Assembly (NCBI GenBank): GCA_016840095.1
Contig: JAEOSZ010000040.1
Span: 1-64,000 of the forward strand
DNA: 64,000 nucleotides
Origin: Candidatus Heimdallarchaeota archaeon
GTDB taxonomy: Archaea > Asgardarchaeota > Heimdallarchaeia > Heimdallarchaeales > Heimdallarchaeaceae
Reading direction: 5' to 3'
Shown: positions 16,771-26,469 of the stretch, piece by piece
Layout: every line of letters starts with the position of its first letter
How positions within the stretch are numbered: position 1 is the stretch's first letter
Made by a program: the position numbers and the translations under genes
Notes under the pieces: model-generated
Seen by the model: only the letters and a program-made list of their open reading frames with translations
Databases searched by the model: none
What the model was told of the DNA's origin: nothing

Positions 16771-17034
16771 ATGATTTTAGAATCACCTAGAGCAGATGAG
16801 GAATATTCTGAATATACTTTAGACTATATTTTGGCTGAATCCTTCAAATCTTATTACGCTACAATTGATGGATTAACAATTGAACCTGTTTGGATTCCTA
16901 AATCATGTGTTGATAAAAAATATCGGATTAAGAACTGGTGGATTAACCAATTCAAGTCTGGTAAATCTACCTGGAAAAAACTAGAAACAAAGGTTGTTCA
17001 GAAAAAGCTAAAACATTTTCTGTTGAATAGATAG
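16771..17034 (+). CDS. Small hypothetical protein
   Basis: 87-aa ORF with ATG; VWIPKSC motif. Confidence 0.5.
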   Translation: MILESPRADEEYSEYTLDYILAESFKSYYATIDGLTIEPVWIPKSCVDKKYRIKNWWINQFKSGKSTWKKLETKVVQKKLKHFLLNR

Positions 17035-17114
17035 AAAATAAGATTCTCTAAGCAAGGCTAATGAAACCTATTTCTATAGAAATTTAGTTCTTATTTCCAA
17101 GTGTAAGTCAGTGT

Positions 17115-18029
17115 TTAACTTCCTTCTACAAGTATTCTCCGTTCTTCCTCTAGTAGCCGTATTTCTTCCTCTATCTCTCTGATATCCTCTTCAAGAGCTT
17201 CGTCTCTTGCAGCTTCTAACTCACTTTGTCTTTGTGATAATAGAACATCTGCTCTAACTTCAACTAAGGATCGTTGTTCTTCTGCTGGAATGAACATATT
17301 CGCATGGTGAAAGAACAATGTCTGATCATAATCCCTTTTCTTACCAGCTAAACGAAAAGTATAGGTTATGGTTTCTCTTTCATCTTTTGGTCTGTTAGGT
17401 CCTGCTGGAGGATGACTAAAATGCTGTTTCAAAATGTAGATTTTGATAGGTTCACCTGGAGGATCTATAACCTTTGTATAAAATCTTCGAATTCTTGTCA
17501 ATCTTTTTCTCTTTGAGGATTCTAACATCAAAGGTCTATGTTCTGGTTGATTTGTTTTCTTTTTTAGAACTCTAGTAACTCTCTTTGATGATTCCTCGAT
17601 TTCTTTTCCGGTTTCATCGTCTTTGTACCTAGTAACTATTGGTTCATAGGTTTTGAAAATCTGTACAAAAGGATATCTACGTTTACTTCTTCTCCTTCTG
17701 TCTCCTTGTCTGGCACTAAAAGCAATGATCAACTCCCATTCATGATCAATTTCCATATCATTGTTTGTGATTTCAATTTGTATGGTACATCGTTTACGAT
17801 TTTTCTTAGAGTTCAGTCTCTTTTTTCTCTTCCTAACTGGTCTTCCTCCTAAAGCTATGTAATCATATTTGTAATAATCTTGCAAAGATGCTTCAGCATC
17901 ATGTCTTACTATGGCTCCAGTAATGTTGAGTTTAGCATCACACAAACTCTTTAGCTTGTCAGTGTAACAGGATTTGACTGGGGATAAACTAAAAACTAAA
18001 TTTGGTTTTTGAGGGTCAAGTCCACTCAT
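17115..18029 (-). CDS. Hypothetical basic protein with acidic C-terminal coiled coil
   Basis: 304 aa; K/R-rich clusters (RKRKKRLNSKKNRKR, RRRRSKRR); C-terminal ELEAARDEALEEDIREIEEEIRLLEEE. Confidence 0.75.
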   Translation of the reverse strand: MSGLDPQKPNLVFSLSPVKSCYTDKLKSLCDAKLNITGAIVRHDAEASLQDYYKYDYIALGGRPVRKRKKRLNSKKNRKRCTIQIEITNNDMEIDHEWELIIAFSARQGDRRRRSKRRYPFVQIFKTYEPIVTRYKDDETGKEIEESSKRVTRVLKKKTNQPEHRPLMLESSKRKRLTRIRRFYTKVIDPPGEPIKIYILKQHFSHPPAGPNRPKDERETITYTFRLAGKKRDYDQTLFFHHANMFIPAEEQRSLVEVRADVLLSQRQSELEAARDEALEEDIREIEEEIRLLEEERRILVEGS

Positions 18030-18123
18030 AAATTCTAGCTATCTTTTGAGAATATAAAAGAGTTTTTGTCTTTAAGAGTAACTACATTAACTGCTTTCTT
18101 TTTGGATTATTCTTCCAGTAGTT

Positions 18124-19299
18124 TTAGTTATTATTCTTTTTACTTTTTCTCAGAACGAAACTAGAAGTTATTACGAAAGATAAAATGATTAAAGTAGATT
18201 CAAATGATGTCTCCTCAATATACCCTTCTGCTGCAGCTTGAATGATATAATCAACAATCAAAGTAACAAATGGCCATTGACTTTCTGAAAGGCTTGAAGT
18301 GAAAACTGCAACAATATCAAACTCAGGTATAATTTGTATAATCTGTCCTGCCCACCCTAAGGCAAGATAGGAATTAATCTGAGGATAAACCCACCACTGA
18401 TAACCATAACTTGACCAATCACTAACTGCTACTGAATCATTTGATGCATTGATTACCCATTCCTCTGGTACAAGCTGTGTTCCATTCCATGATCCATTAT
18501 TTAGAAAAAGAAATCCGAATTTCGCCATATCTTGAGGTAAAAGATGCAAATCACTTCCTCCAAAGTAAAGTCCTTGTGGATCTTGCTCCCAGAAGTATCT
18601 AGAAATCCCTAACGGATCGAAAATGTGATCCTTCAGATATTGAAGAGATGTATCTCCAGTTGCATTTTCTATAATTGCAGATAAAAGATGAGATGCTCCA
18701 GAGTTGTACTTAAAAGCTGTTCCTGGTTCATTAGCCATCTCCCTACTAAGAATAAATTCTATCCAATTGTCACTTTCTTTCATTTGTCTGAAACTATTTT
18801 CTGGTAATAAGTAAGATATGTCTTCTTCCCATTCTATTCCTGATGTCATTGTGAGTAAATGAGCTATAGTGATATTCTCTTTGGATTCTATATTAGGAAC
18901 TGTCACATTTTGAAAAAAATCCATTATCCTTTGATTGACACTATCTATATAGCCTTCTTCAATTGCAATTCCGATTAGAGTAGACATAAAACTCTTTGTT
19001 ACTGAATATACTATATGCATAGTATTAGAAGTATAATATCTAGGATATTCTTCAACAACTAGATATCCATTCTTAACAAGTAGAATACTATCTATATCAA
19101 AATCATTTGTAGCAATGTACTCTAACATGCTCTCAATTGTCTGTTGATTCAAGTCTACTTCACTGAATGTCGCATCTTGCCAGCTATTTGTAGGCCAATA
19201 ATCTCTTTCTATAGAAATACTACTTGCATTGTAGTTGTAACTGGAATGCAATAGGAAAATACAAATCACTAAAGCAAACACAGTCTTCTTCAGCTTCAT
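18124..19299 (-). CDS. Secreted serine hydrolase (beta-lactamase family, NylB-like) with C-terminal anchor
   Basis: YSVTKS (SxxK), LLTMTSG, FKYNS, YGYQWW, ALGWAGQ; signal peptide; TM + basic tail. Confidence 0.92.
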   Translation of the reverse strand: MKLKKTVFALVICIFLLHSSYNYNASSISIERDYWPTNSWQDATFSEVDLNQQTIESMLEYIATNDFDIDSILLVKNGYLVVEEYPRYYTSNTMHIVYSVTKSFMSTLIGIAIEEGYIDSVNQRIMDFFQNVTVPNIESKENITIAHLLTMTSGIEWEEDISYLLPENSFRQMKESDNWIEFILSREMANEPGTAFKYNSGASHLLSAIIENATGDTSLQYLKDHIFDPLGISRYFWEQDPQGLYFGGSDLHLLPQDMAKFGFLFLNNGSWNGTQLVPEEWVINASNDSVAVSDWSSYGYQWWVYPQINSYLALGWAGQIIQIIPEFDIVAVFTSSLSESQWPFVTLIVDYIIQAAAEGYIEETSFESTLIILSFVITSSFVLRKSKKNNN

Positions 19300-19400
19300 A
19301 GGTCATTCACTTCTAAAAATGGACTATATACATTAATAAATCTCATCAAATGACTGTAAATCCTTCTTTCATGTTTTTATAATCAATTCTAACTGATTCT

Positions 19401-19775
19401 TTGATTGACATGGCTCTAATATGGGGAAGTACGAAAGAAATCCAAGAAGCAGCAAAAAACTCTTTCGAGGAGAATATAGAGCGTATTTTGAAGGAGAAAG
19501 GAAAAATCAAACTCGATGATTTGATCAAACTAATTAGTCATGATAGTAATCTATTAACTGATTACCAAAGACTCATAAAAGGGATAGAACAGCTGCTAGA
19601 AGAAGGAAAGATAATTGTGGATGAGAAGAAAAACATTCGAATGACAACATTATCTGTTCTAGGATCTAATGGTGTCGACGAAATACCAGTTTGGGATCTT
19701 ATTCACAAGGAAGAAGATATAGAGCTAAAAAAGGAGATAATTAGAAGATATAATGAAATTAATCCATTGCTCTAA
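19401..19775 (+). CDS. Hypothetical protein (possible winged helix)
   Basis: IERILKEKGKIKLDDL...IEQLLEEGKI pattern. Confidence 0.6.
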   Translation: MIDMALIWGSTKEIQEAAKNSFEENIERILKEKGKIKLDDLIKLISHDSNLLTDYQRLIKGIEQLLEEGKIIVDEKKNIRMTTLSVLGSNGVDEIPVWDLIHKEEDIELKKEIIRRYNEINPLL

Positions 19776-19777
19776 CA

Positions 19778-20611
19778 TTATACTTTCCTTTTCCATTCTT
19801 TTGGTGATACTACTGGAGGGTGAATATATCTGATATTTCTTTCAAGAGCATCTATTTTCTTAATGTCCTCATCAGGAAGTTGTATGTTTAAAGCTTTAAA
19901 ATTATCAACCAAATGCTCTAAACTAGTTGCTTTTGGAATTGGGTAAGCTCCTTTACTAATCACCCAAGCTAGGCAAACTTGAGCAGGAGAAATCTTATTC
20001 TTTTCAGCTACTTCTTTGATAACTGGATCTTTCAAAACATGAGCTCTTCCTAAAGGAGAATAAGAAACTTGATGAATCTTATTTTTCTTATGGTATTCTA
20101 ATACTTCTGGCTGTTGAAGATATGGATGATGTTCGATTTGGTTGGCATAGATCTTCTTATCGATAACCTCATGTGCATCAGTAATCATTTTAGGAGTGAA
20201 ATTTGAAACTCCTATGTGCTTTATAATCCCTTCATCAACCAGAACACCTAAAGCACCAAGTGATTTTTCATGAGAATAACCTAATGCAAATGCTGGATAA
20301 TGAATATACATTATATCAATATAATCTAATTGAAGTTTAGTCAATGATTTGTAAGTTGACTTCACAGCACGTTTTGCTCTGACAGACAAAGGAAAAACTT
20401 TAGTTGCAACAATAACTTCATCTCTTTTTGTAATCCCTGTCTCGAAAACTTCTTTTAACCCATCTCCAACTCCTTCCTCGTTTCGATAAGCCTGAGCTGT
20501 ATCAATGAATCTATAACCCATTTTTAGAGCTTGAATAGTAGAATATCTTGCTTCGTAAGGTTTGAGAACCCAAGTACCTAGTCCAATTTTTGGGAGTTCC
20601 ACATCAGTCAT
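19778..20611 (-). CDS. Aldo/keto reductase
   Basis: GLGTW, GYRFIDTAQAY, ATKV, YIHYP, IGVSNF, IPKA. Confidence 0.95.
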   Translation of the reverse strand: MTDVELPKIGLGTWVLKPYEARYSTIQALKMGYRFIDTAQAYRNEEGVGDGLKEVFETGITKRDEVIVATKVFPLSVRAKRAVKSTYKSLTKLQLDYIDIMYIHYPAFALGYSHEKSLGALGVLVDEGIIKHIGVSNFTPKMITDAHEVIDKKIYANQIEHHPYLQQPEVLEYHKKNKIHQVSYSPLGRAHVLKDPVIKEVAEKNKISPAQVCLAWVISKGAYPIPKATSLEHLVDNFKALNIQLPDEDIKKIDALERNIRYIHPPVVSPKEWKRKV

Positions 20612-20709
20612 GAGTTCTTTAAAATTCAGTTCTAAATAAAATTTTAGTATTAGGTCTTAAAAGATAATTTCTACTAAATATTTAAAATCTTGATATCTAA
20701 AGAATTTCC

Positions 20710-22275
20710 ATGGAATATCGACTTGTTTTTGATGCAGGTTCAATAGCATTGAAGTGCGCTATTGCTGATGAGACCAATTCCATCATAGCCCTGGAAAGTA
20801 TTATACCTAATGTTATTCATGCTCAGGATGGTTTTGGTAGATCCTGGGAATCAACCAATTACTGGAAAAAGTTAATCCAACTAGCAGAAAAAACAATCAA
20901 GAAGGCTGGAATTGAATCACAGAAAATCAGATACATAACTTCCAGTACAATCAGACCAAGTTGTGTTTTCACTGACGAAGAACTGAATCCTTTGTATATC
21001 GGTTCCAGTTTTGATATCTTGGGAATTCATTATGGAGACGAGATAGAAGAGCAATTCTTAGAATTGTCAGGAGAAGAGATGTTTCCTACAACTGGTCACT
21101 TCCCAATTTTTCTCATGCCTCCAGCAAGACTAGAATGGTTGAGAAATAACACTGAAACTATTAATAATAAGATTATAACAAACTATCTTCCTTTAGATAG
21201 TTGGATACTAGTTAAATTTGGAGGAGAATTGCATACTAATTATACTAGTGCTATGGAATCAGGATTCCTTGACATAAGAAGTAAACTTTGGCATAATGAG
21301 TGGCATACAATATTTGATGTAGATGATGATTTCTTCCCTTTCCCAGTTCAGTCTGGAGAAATAATAGGGAACGTTTCTAAAGCAATTGCAGAGAAATTAG
21401 ATTTAAATACAGAAGTTGAAATTGTTGCAGGAATAACAGATACTCAAGCAGCTCTTTTAGCTTCTGACTCAATTAAGCCAGGAGATATTAGTATAGTTTT
21501 AGGGAGTACGACTCCTGTTCAAGCAGTAGCAGAAAAATTCCATCTAAGTGAGAAAGAGCGAACTTGGACCACTGGAATATCCGTCAAAAATCTGTGTGAT
21601 AATTACGTGATTGAATCGAATGCAGGGATTACTGGACAAGTTATCAAATGGGCAGTACATTTGTTTGGATCCAAAAGCTCTGCTGATTTTAAGGAACCAA
21701 AATCCAAACAATATGATTTACTTAAAGAAAAGTATATTGAATTTGATAATTTTGAAGAAAAGGAATCTTTAGAATCTATCTCATCACAAAGTGTTTATGC
21801 AAACCTTGGTCCTTCTACTTTGGAGGCTTCTAGTAGTGAAAGATCTGGGGGAGAATTTTATTTTCCAAGTCCAGGAGGAGTAAATGAATTTTATATTAAT
21901 CAGAATCAGATGATAGGGGCTGTCTTTGATAACATTATGTTTGCTTCTACAAGGAATGTAGAGATTGCAAAGGAAATAGCTCAAATTGAGAATTACTCTC
22001 TTTCAGTTTTGGGCGGACCTTCTAGATTCAATCTTTTGGTTCAGAGAACAGCTGATTTACACAATGTTCAAACAAAATATCTTACTAGTCATGAAGCATC
22101 GATTAAAGGAATGCTAGTCTTATGTGATGTTGCAAGTGGAGAGATAAAAAACAAAACAGATTTACAAAGAAAACTAAAAGATAAAGGTGAATTGAAACAT
22201 CTAATCCCAAGAACTTCAATGCATAAGAAATTAGTTGAGAAATATAAGAAATGGGTGAGTATCACAAAAATCTAG
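20710..22275 (+). CDS. FGGY-family carbohydrate kinase
   Basis: FDAGS N-terminal phosphate loop, ARLEWL, GITDTQAA, LGSTT, LGG..R. Confidence 0.85.
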   Translation: MEYRLVFDAGSIALKCAIADETNSIIALESIIPNVIHAQDGFGRSWESTNYWKKLIQLAEKTIKKAGIESQKIRYITSSTIRPSCVFTDEELNPLYIGSSFDILGIHYGDEIEEQFLELSGEEMFPTTGHFPIFLMPPARLEWLRNNTETINNKIITNYLPLDSWILVKFGGELHTNYTSAMESGFLDIRSKLWHNEWHTIFDVDDDFFPFPVQSGEIIGNVSKAIAEKLDLNTEVEIVAGITDTQAALLASDSIKPGDISIVLGSTTPVQAVAEKFHLSEKERTWTTGISVKNLCDNYVIESNAGITGQVIKWAVHLFGSKSSADFKEPKSKQYDLLKEKYIEFDNFEEKESLESISSQSVYANLGPSTLEASSSERSGGEFYFPSPGGVNEFYINQNQMIGAVFDNIMFASTRNVEIAKEIAQIENYSLSVLGGPSRFNLLVQRTADLHNVQTKYLTSHEASIKGMLVLCDVASGEIKNKTDLQRKLKDKGELKHLIPRTSMHKKLVEKYKKWVSITKI

Positions 22276-22279
22276 ATAC

Positions 22280-24016
22280 TCAAATATTCATATCTTTCAT
22301 TATATCATAAATCTCTCTTTCTTCTTCTTCAGCTTCTTCAGGTATTGCATAAATAGTTCCAAGTAGTGAAGCTTTGTATTGTATCATAGCAGCCATTTCT
22401 ACTTGCTGACATACAGTCCATGCTTGTTCAAGAGATGACCCACATGCAACATTTCCATGATTTGCAATAAATACAGAAAGATTATCACCTAATGCTTCTA
22501 CAGCATTGTTAGCTAAATCATCAGAACCTGCCATTCCGAATTCTGCAACTTCACATCCACCAATGAAAGGAATTACCTCATCAACTATAGGACCAATAGG
22601 CATTCGAGCAATAGATAAAGCAGTAGAATAAGGAGCATGTGAATGTACTATGGCTTTGATATTTTTTCTAGCTTTGTAGATAGCTAAATGCAATCGTCTT
22701 TCAGATGTAGGATTTCTATGACCAGCTATTACGTCACCTTTTGCATCTATCAAAACCATATCTTCAATTCCCATCTCCTCATAATTTACAGAACTAGGTG
22801 TAACTAAGAAAGCTTCATCCATATTAGGTAAAGTTACTCTAGCAGAAACATTACCTGCGGTTCCTATGATAAAGCCTTTTTCAATCATCTCTATACAGAT
22901 GTCTATTATCTTTTGAATTGTACTCTTGTATAAACCCAAAGTCGGAATAATATCTTCGAACTCATTGGGTTGATCAGTTGTTTTGGGAGGAGGGATACCT
23001 TCAAGAACTTCCGGATTTTTGATGTTCTCTGGAATCTTATTATTGATAATTTTTTCAATACCATCGACCATCATCATAGAGTGGCGGTGATTTGTATCAT
23101 GTGTATCTCCACCAATATGAGGTGTAACTATTACGTTTTCAAGCTCAAGAAATTCATTATCTTGGTCAACAGGTTCTACTGAAAAAACATCAAGTGCAGC
23201 TCCAGCTATTTTGTTTTCTTTTAGTGCATCAAGAAGTGCATACTCATCAGTAACAGAAGCTCTAGCTGTGTTAATGAAATAAGCACTTCTCTTCATCAAC
23301 GCAATTTGTTCTTCACCGATCAAATCATCAGTTTCATCTGTTGGAGGACAATGTATTGTTACAATATCTGAATTAGCCATGAGATAGTTTAGATCAACAG
23401 ATTCTCCTTGAATAGCATTTAATCTTGCAGGAAATACATAGGGATCATATACAAGAAAATTTACTCCAAATGGAAGTAACAATTTAGCAACATTGAAACC
23501 TATTCTTCCCAAACCTACAATTCCAACAGTTTTACCTTTAAGTTCAAAGCCTTCAAATTCATTATAATATTTGATGTAATCTTCAAATTCATTTACTTCA
23601 AACTCACCTTCAGAATGTAAAATTCTTTCAACTGAATGCAATTTTCTAGCAAGGCTCAAAATCAGCCCTACAGTAAGCTCAGCTACTGAAACGGTGTTTC
23701 TATTAGGTGCATAAAGAACAGGAATTTTCTTGGCTGTGGCTGTTTCTAAATCAATATTGTTTGGATCTCCTCTAGTAGAACCTATTATCTTCAGATCGGT
23801 TTGTTCAATAACAGATTTTTTTACGTTATCACCTTCACAAATGAGTATTTCTGCCCCGATTTCCTTGATTTTTTGAATTAGATCTTCATCATTGAAATAG
23901 AGATTGCTAGTATCTCTCCAACTCTCATATACTACTTCATCTTTGAGTAAATTCCTTAACTTTTCAAGAGCTTCTAGCGAGAATTCAGCAGTAACATACG
24001 CTTTCATTTTCTTCAC
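22280..24016 (-). CDS. Fusion: D-2-hydroxyacid dehydrogenase (PGDH-like) + class II aldolase (FucA-like)
   Basis: GIVGLGRIG, INTARA, LDVF..EP, TPHIGG; then GTAGNVS, TPSS, PTSE..LH, VHSH, NHG. Confidence 0.92.
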   Translation of the reverse strand: MKKMKAYVTAEFSLEALEKLRNLLKDEVVYESWRDTSNLYFNDEDLIQKIKEIGAEILICEGDNVKKSVIEQTDLKIIGSTRGDPNNIDLETATAKKIPVLYAPNRNTVSVAELTVGLILSLARKLHSVERILHSEGEFEVNEFEDYIKYYNEFEGFELKGKTVGIVGLGRIGFNVAKLLLPFGVNFLVYDPYVFPARLNAIQGESVDLNYLMANSDIVTIHCPPTDETDDLIGEEQIALMKRSAYFINTARASVTDEYALLDALKENKIAGAALDVFSVEPVDQDNEFLELENVIVTPHIGGDTHDTNHRHSMMMVDGIEKIINNKIPENIKNPEVLEGIPPPKTTDQPNEFEDIIPTLGLYKSTIQKIIDICIEMIEKGFIIGTAGNVSARVTLPNMDEAFLVTPSSVNYEEMGIEDMVLIDAKGDVIAGHRNPTSERRLHLAIYKARKNIKAIVHSHAPYSTALSIARMPIGPIVDEVIPFIGGCEVAEFGMAGSDDLANNAVEALGDNLSVFIANHGNVACGSSLEQAWTVCQQVEMAAMIQYKASLLGTIYAIPEEAEEEEREIYDIMKDMNI

Positions 24017-24022
24017 TTCAAT

Positions 24023-24832
24023 TTAGAACATTAATTTTCTCAACTTTAACATGTTTTTCATTTCACCTTTGACTTCAAGACTACCACTTGAATATGCTTT
24101 AATTGGGTTAATCTGTTTAGTCATCATTTTAACGAAAATTGTTGAATCCATTTTCACTTGAACAGCAGCTTCTTCATCAGTACCTTCTGAAAGATTTATT
24201 CCTTCATCACCATTTATAACAAACAAGTAGGATTTTGAGATATCAGGAAAAGTCATCATTAGCGTATTATACCAATTTCGAAATGCTTTCTTAACTTTTT
24301 CAGTATTATATCTGTCAACAATATTCTGAAGACCATCTTCATAGGAGAAATCTCCAATATCAATGTCTTCTTTTTTTGATACTTTTGCTGGCTCAGATTT
24401 CTCTGTAGGTTTTCCGACAGACTTTGTTACAGGTTTCTTTTCCTCTTTGACTGATGATTTCTTTACAACTCGTTCTTCTTGTACAGCTGTATCAGTAGTT
24501 CGAACAGTTCCTGGTCTAACAATTTGTAGACCTCCACGTCCTGCAGATGGGCTGAAATCTGTTAGTTCTTTTTCAATTTCATGACTCATTCCTTTCATCT
24601 GCAAGTTCTTAATTGCTCCATAACAACCTAACACTATTAGAAGGAAGCCTAATGATGCACTCACAAGAAGGAAGACAAAAAGTAGAGTAACATATTGAGG
24701 TACAGAAGCACCATATTCTAGTAATCGTGTAATTAGAACTACTGCTAACCCTATTAATCCCAAACCTGTGATCAAGAGACTAAAAACTGTCAACTGATTA
24801 TTGACAATTTTGTGTTTAATTCTTTGAACCAT
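24023..24832 (-). CDS. 2-TM membrane protein with C-terminal SCP2 (sterol carrier protein 2) lipid-binding domain
   Basis: C-terminal FVKMMTKQINPIKAYSSGSLEVKGEM..MLKL SCP2 signature; two N-terminal TMs and charged linker. Confidence 0.82.
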   Translation of the reverse strand: MVQRIKHKIVNNQLTVFSLLITGLGLIGLAVVLITRLLEYGASVPQYVTLLFVFLLVSASLGFLLIVLGCYGAIKNLQMKGMSHEIEKELTDFSPSAGRGGLQIVRPGTVRTTDTAVQEERVVKKSSVKEEKKPVTKSVGKPTEKSEPAKVSKKEDIDIGDFSYEDGLQNIVDRYNTEKVKKAFRNWYNTLMMTFPDISKSYLFVINGDEGINLSEGTDEEAAVQVKMDSTIFVKMMTKQINPIKAYSSGSLEVKGEMKNMLKLRKLMF

Positions 24833-25012
24833 AAGTTATTCTTGATTTTGAGTTTATAAAGTTTAATCCGAAACTACTATTTCCTATAATTGTGAGAAAT
24901 TTTTGCCGAGTTTATATTCTAAACTGATTAATATATATCAGAGGAAGCTAGTAAACTATCCTAATAGCTGCTTTATCCCCATCCTTTATTTCTTCTGCTA
25001 GCTTCTCTCCCC

Positions 25013-25303
25013 TTATCCCCCTGAGATAAAAGGAATAATAGAAATTACTTGATTGTGTTTGAGGATAAACCCGTCAAGATCTTCTTTGGCTAAGTTATCT
25101 TTATCGACTTGAATAAAATAAAATTCTCGAATCTTTCCATCTGTATAAAGCAACTTTTCCAGTTCAGGACCAAATTTAGTTACAAATATATCCAATGCTT
25201 CAGTAACAGTTGTAGATTCATCAACATCAAGTAGAACATATCTTTCTTTAGTTATTGACCTAACTTGACCAAAGCATTGAATAGAAATTTCCATAATTAA
25301 CAC
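25013..25303 (-). CDS. MoaD/ThiS/SAMP ubiquitin-like sulfur carrier
   Basis: Beta-grasp pattern, C-terminal IIPFISGG; true start likely the internal MEISIQCFG. Confidence 0.88.
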   Translation of the reverse strand: MLIMEISIQCFGQVRSITKERYVLLDVDESTTVTEALDIFVTKFGPELEKLLYTDGKIREFYFIQVDKDNLAKEDLDGFILKHNQVISIIPFISGG

Positions 25304-25331
25304 AGTATGTTGAATTATTTAAGAACTCTCA

Positions 25332-25895
25332 TCATTCAAAATTCTCAATAAACTTCTCTTTTATTTCTATAGGATGCCAAGGAATATTTTCTAAGTTTTC
25401 AATATCATCCTCAACAATAATATGGAGAACAGCTGTTTGCTTACTGGTTAGGAGAATCTCAAATGCTTCATTTAGAGATAAAGGGCTTGTAATTGAATTT
25501 AAACTCCCATAATGTTGAATGCCCAAACCTTCCAGAAGTTTAAGATAATCTAAAGATGATGAAACTGTTTCTTGTCCTCCTGTGGTTGCATAGGATTGGT
25601 TATCAATTATTATCATTTTGAGGTTTGATGGTAGAATATTTCCAATGGTTGTCATCGAACTTAAACCCATCAAGAAATTTCCATCTCCTGTAATTACTAA
25701 CGTTTGTTTTTTTGGTTGAGCTAAAGCTAAACCTAATCCAATAGACATAGGCAAACCCATCGACCCTCGGAGATACACTTGAGGTTGCGGGAGAAAATTA
25801 TAGACTTGTCTACTAACATTACCATTGGAACTAACAATAAGAATGTCATCAGTGATGAATTCTTTGAGAGATGAAATTACTTCTTCTCCTCTCAT
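25332..25895 (-). CDS. comE: Sulfopyruvate/phosphonopyruvate decarboxylase beta subunit (TPP-binding)
   Basis: GSMG, TGDG...IDN..YATTGGQ TPP motif. Confidence 0.8.
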   Translation of the reverse strand: MRGEEVISSLKEFITDDILIVSSNGNVSRQVYNFLPQPQVYLRGSMGLPMSIGLGLALAQPKKQTLVITGDGNFLMGLSSMTTIGNILPSNLKMIIIDNQSYATTGGQETVSSSLDYLKLLEGLGIQHYGSLNSITSPLSLNEAFEILLTSKQTAVLHIIVEDDIENLENIPWHPIEIKEKFIENFE

Positions 25896-26452
25896 CAGAT
25901 TATAACCTCCTTTTCAACAAGAATACAGACAACAGAAAAATCTTTGTTCATGCTTTCGATAGCTGCATCTAGAGTACTCTTCCAATCATCTCCTTTCAGA
26001 TACCAAAATGGAACTCCATAAGCATCAAGAACAGCTTCAGTTACATCACCCATGAGAATGTGTTCAGGAAAGGTTTTATCAGGTTCTAAACCTCGATAGC
26101 TAACAAACATAAGTAAAGGAATCCTATACAATTGAGCTAGAGATGTGAGTGCATCTCCAATAGTTGCAAGTCCAGAATTTTGCATGATTACGAAACAATT
26201 CTGTTTCCCCAAATAATACCCACAAGCTATTCCCACAGCTTCATCTTCTCGAGTTGCAGGGATATATCTGATTTCTCCATTGTCTTGAATTTCCAGTAGA
26301 AATTCTCTGAAATACGAGCAAGGAACTCCTGTTGAAAGAGTGAAATGTTTTGAAGCAAGATAATGAACTAAATCTGATGAATCTATCATTAGTTTAACTC
26401 CACACAAGTGAGAAGTTAACTGAGATATATATAAATTAGTATTAGAAAACAA
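25895..26452 (-). CDS. comD: Sulfopyruvate/phosphonopyruvate decarboxylase alpha subunit
   Basis: GVPCS, TREDEAVG, MQNSGL, SYRG; real start probably MIDSS at 26389. Confidence 0.8.
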   Translation of the reverse strand: MFSNTNLYISQLTSHLCGVKLMIDSSDLVHYLASKHFTLSTGVPCSYFREFLLEIQDNGEIRYIPATREDEAVGIACGYYLGKQNCFVIMQNSGLATIGDALTSLAQLYRIPLLMFVSYRGLEPDKTFPEHILMGDVTEAVLDAYGVPFWYLKGDDWKSTLDAAIESMNKDFSVVCILVEKEVII

Positions 26453-26469
26453 AAAAGATAGATGAAAAA

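Noticed and set aside
25013-25303. Eukaryote-type ubiquitin partner for the RING proteins
   Set aside because: Sequence pattern (FGQVR..., IIPFISGG) is MoaD/SAMP-like, not ubiquitin LRLRGG.
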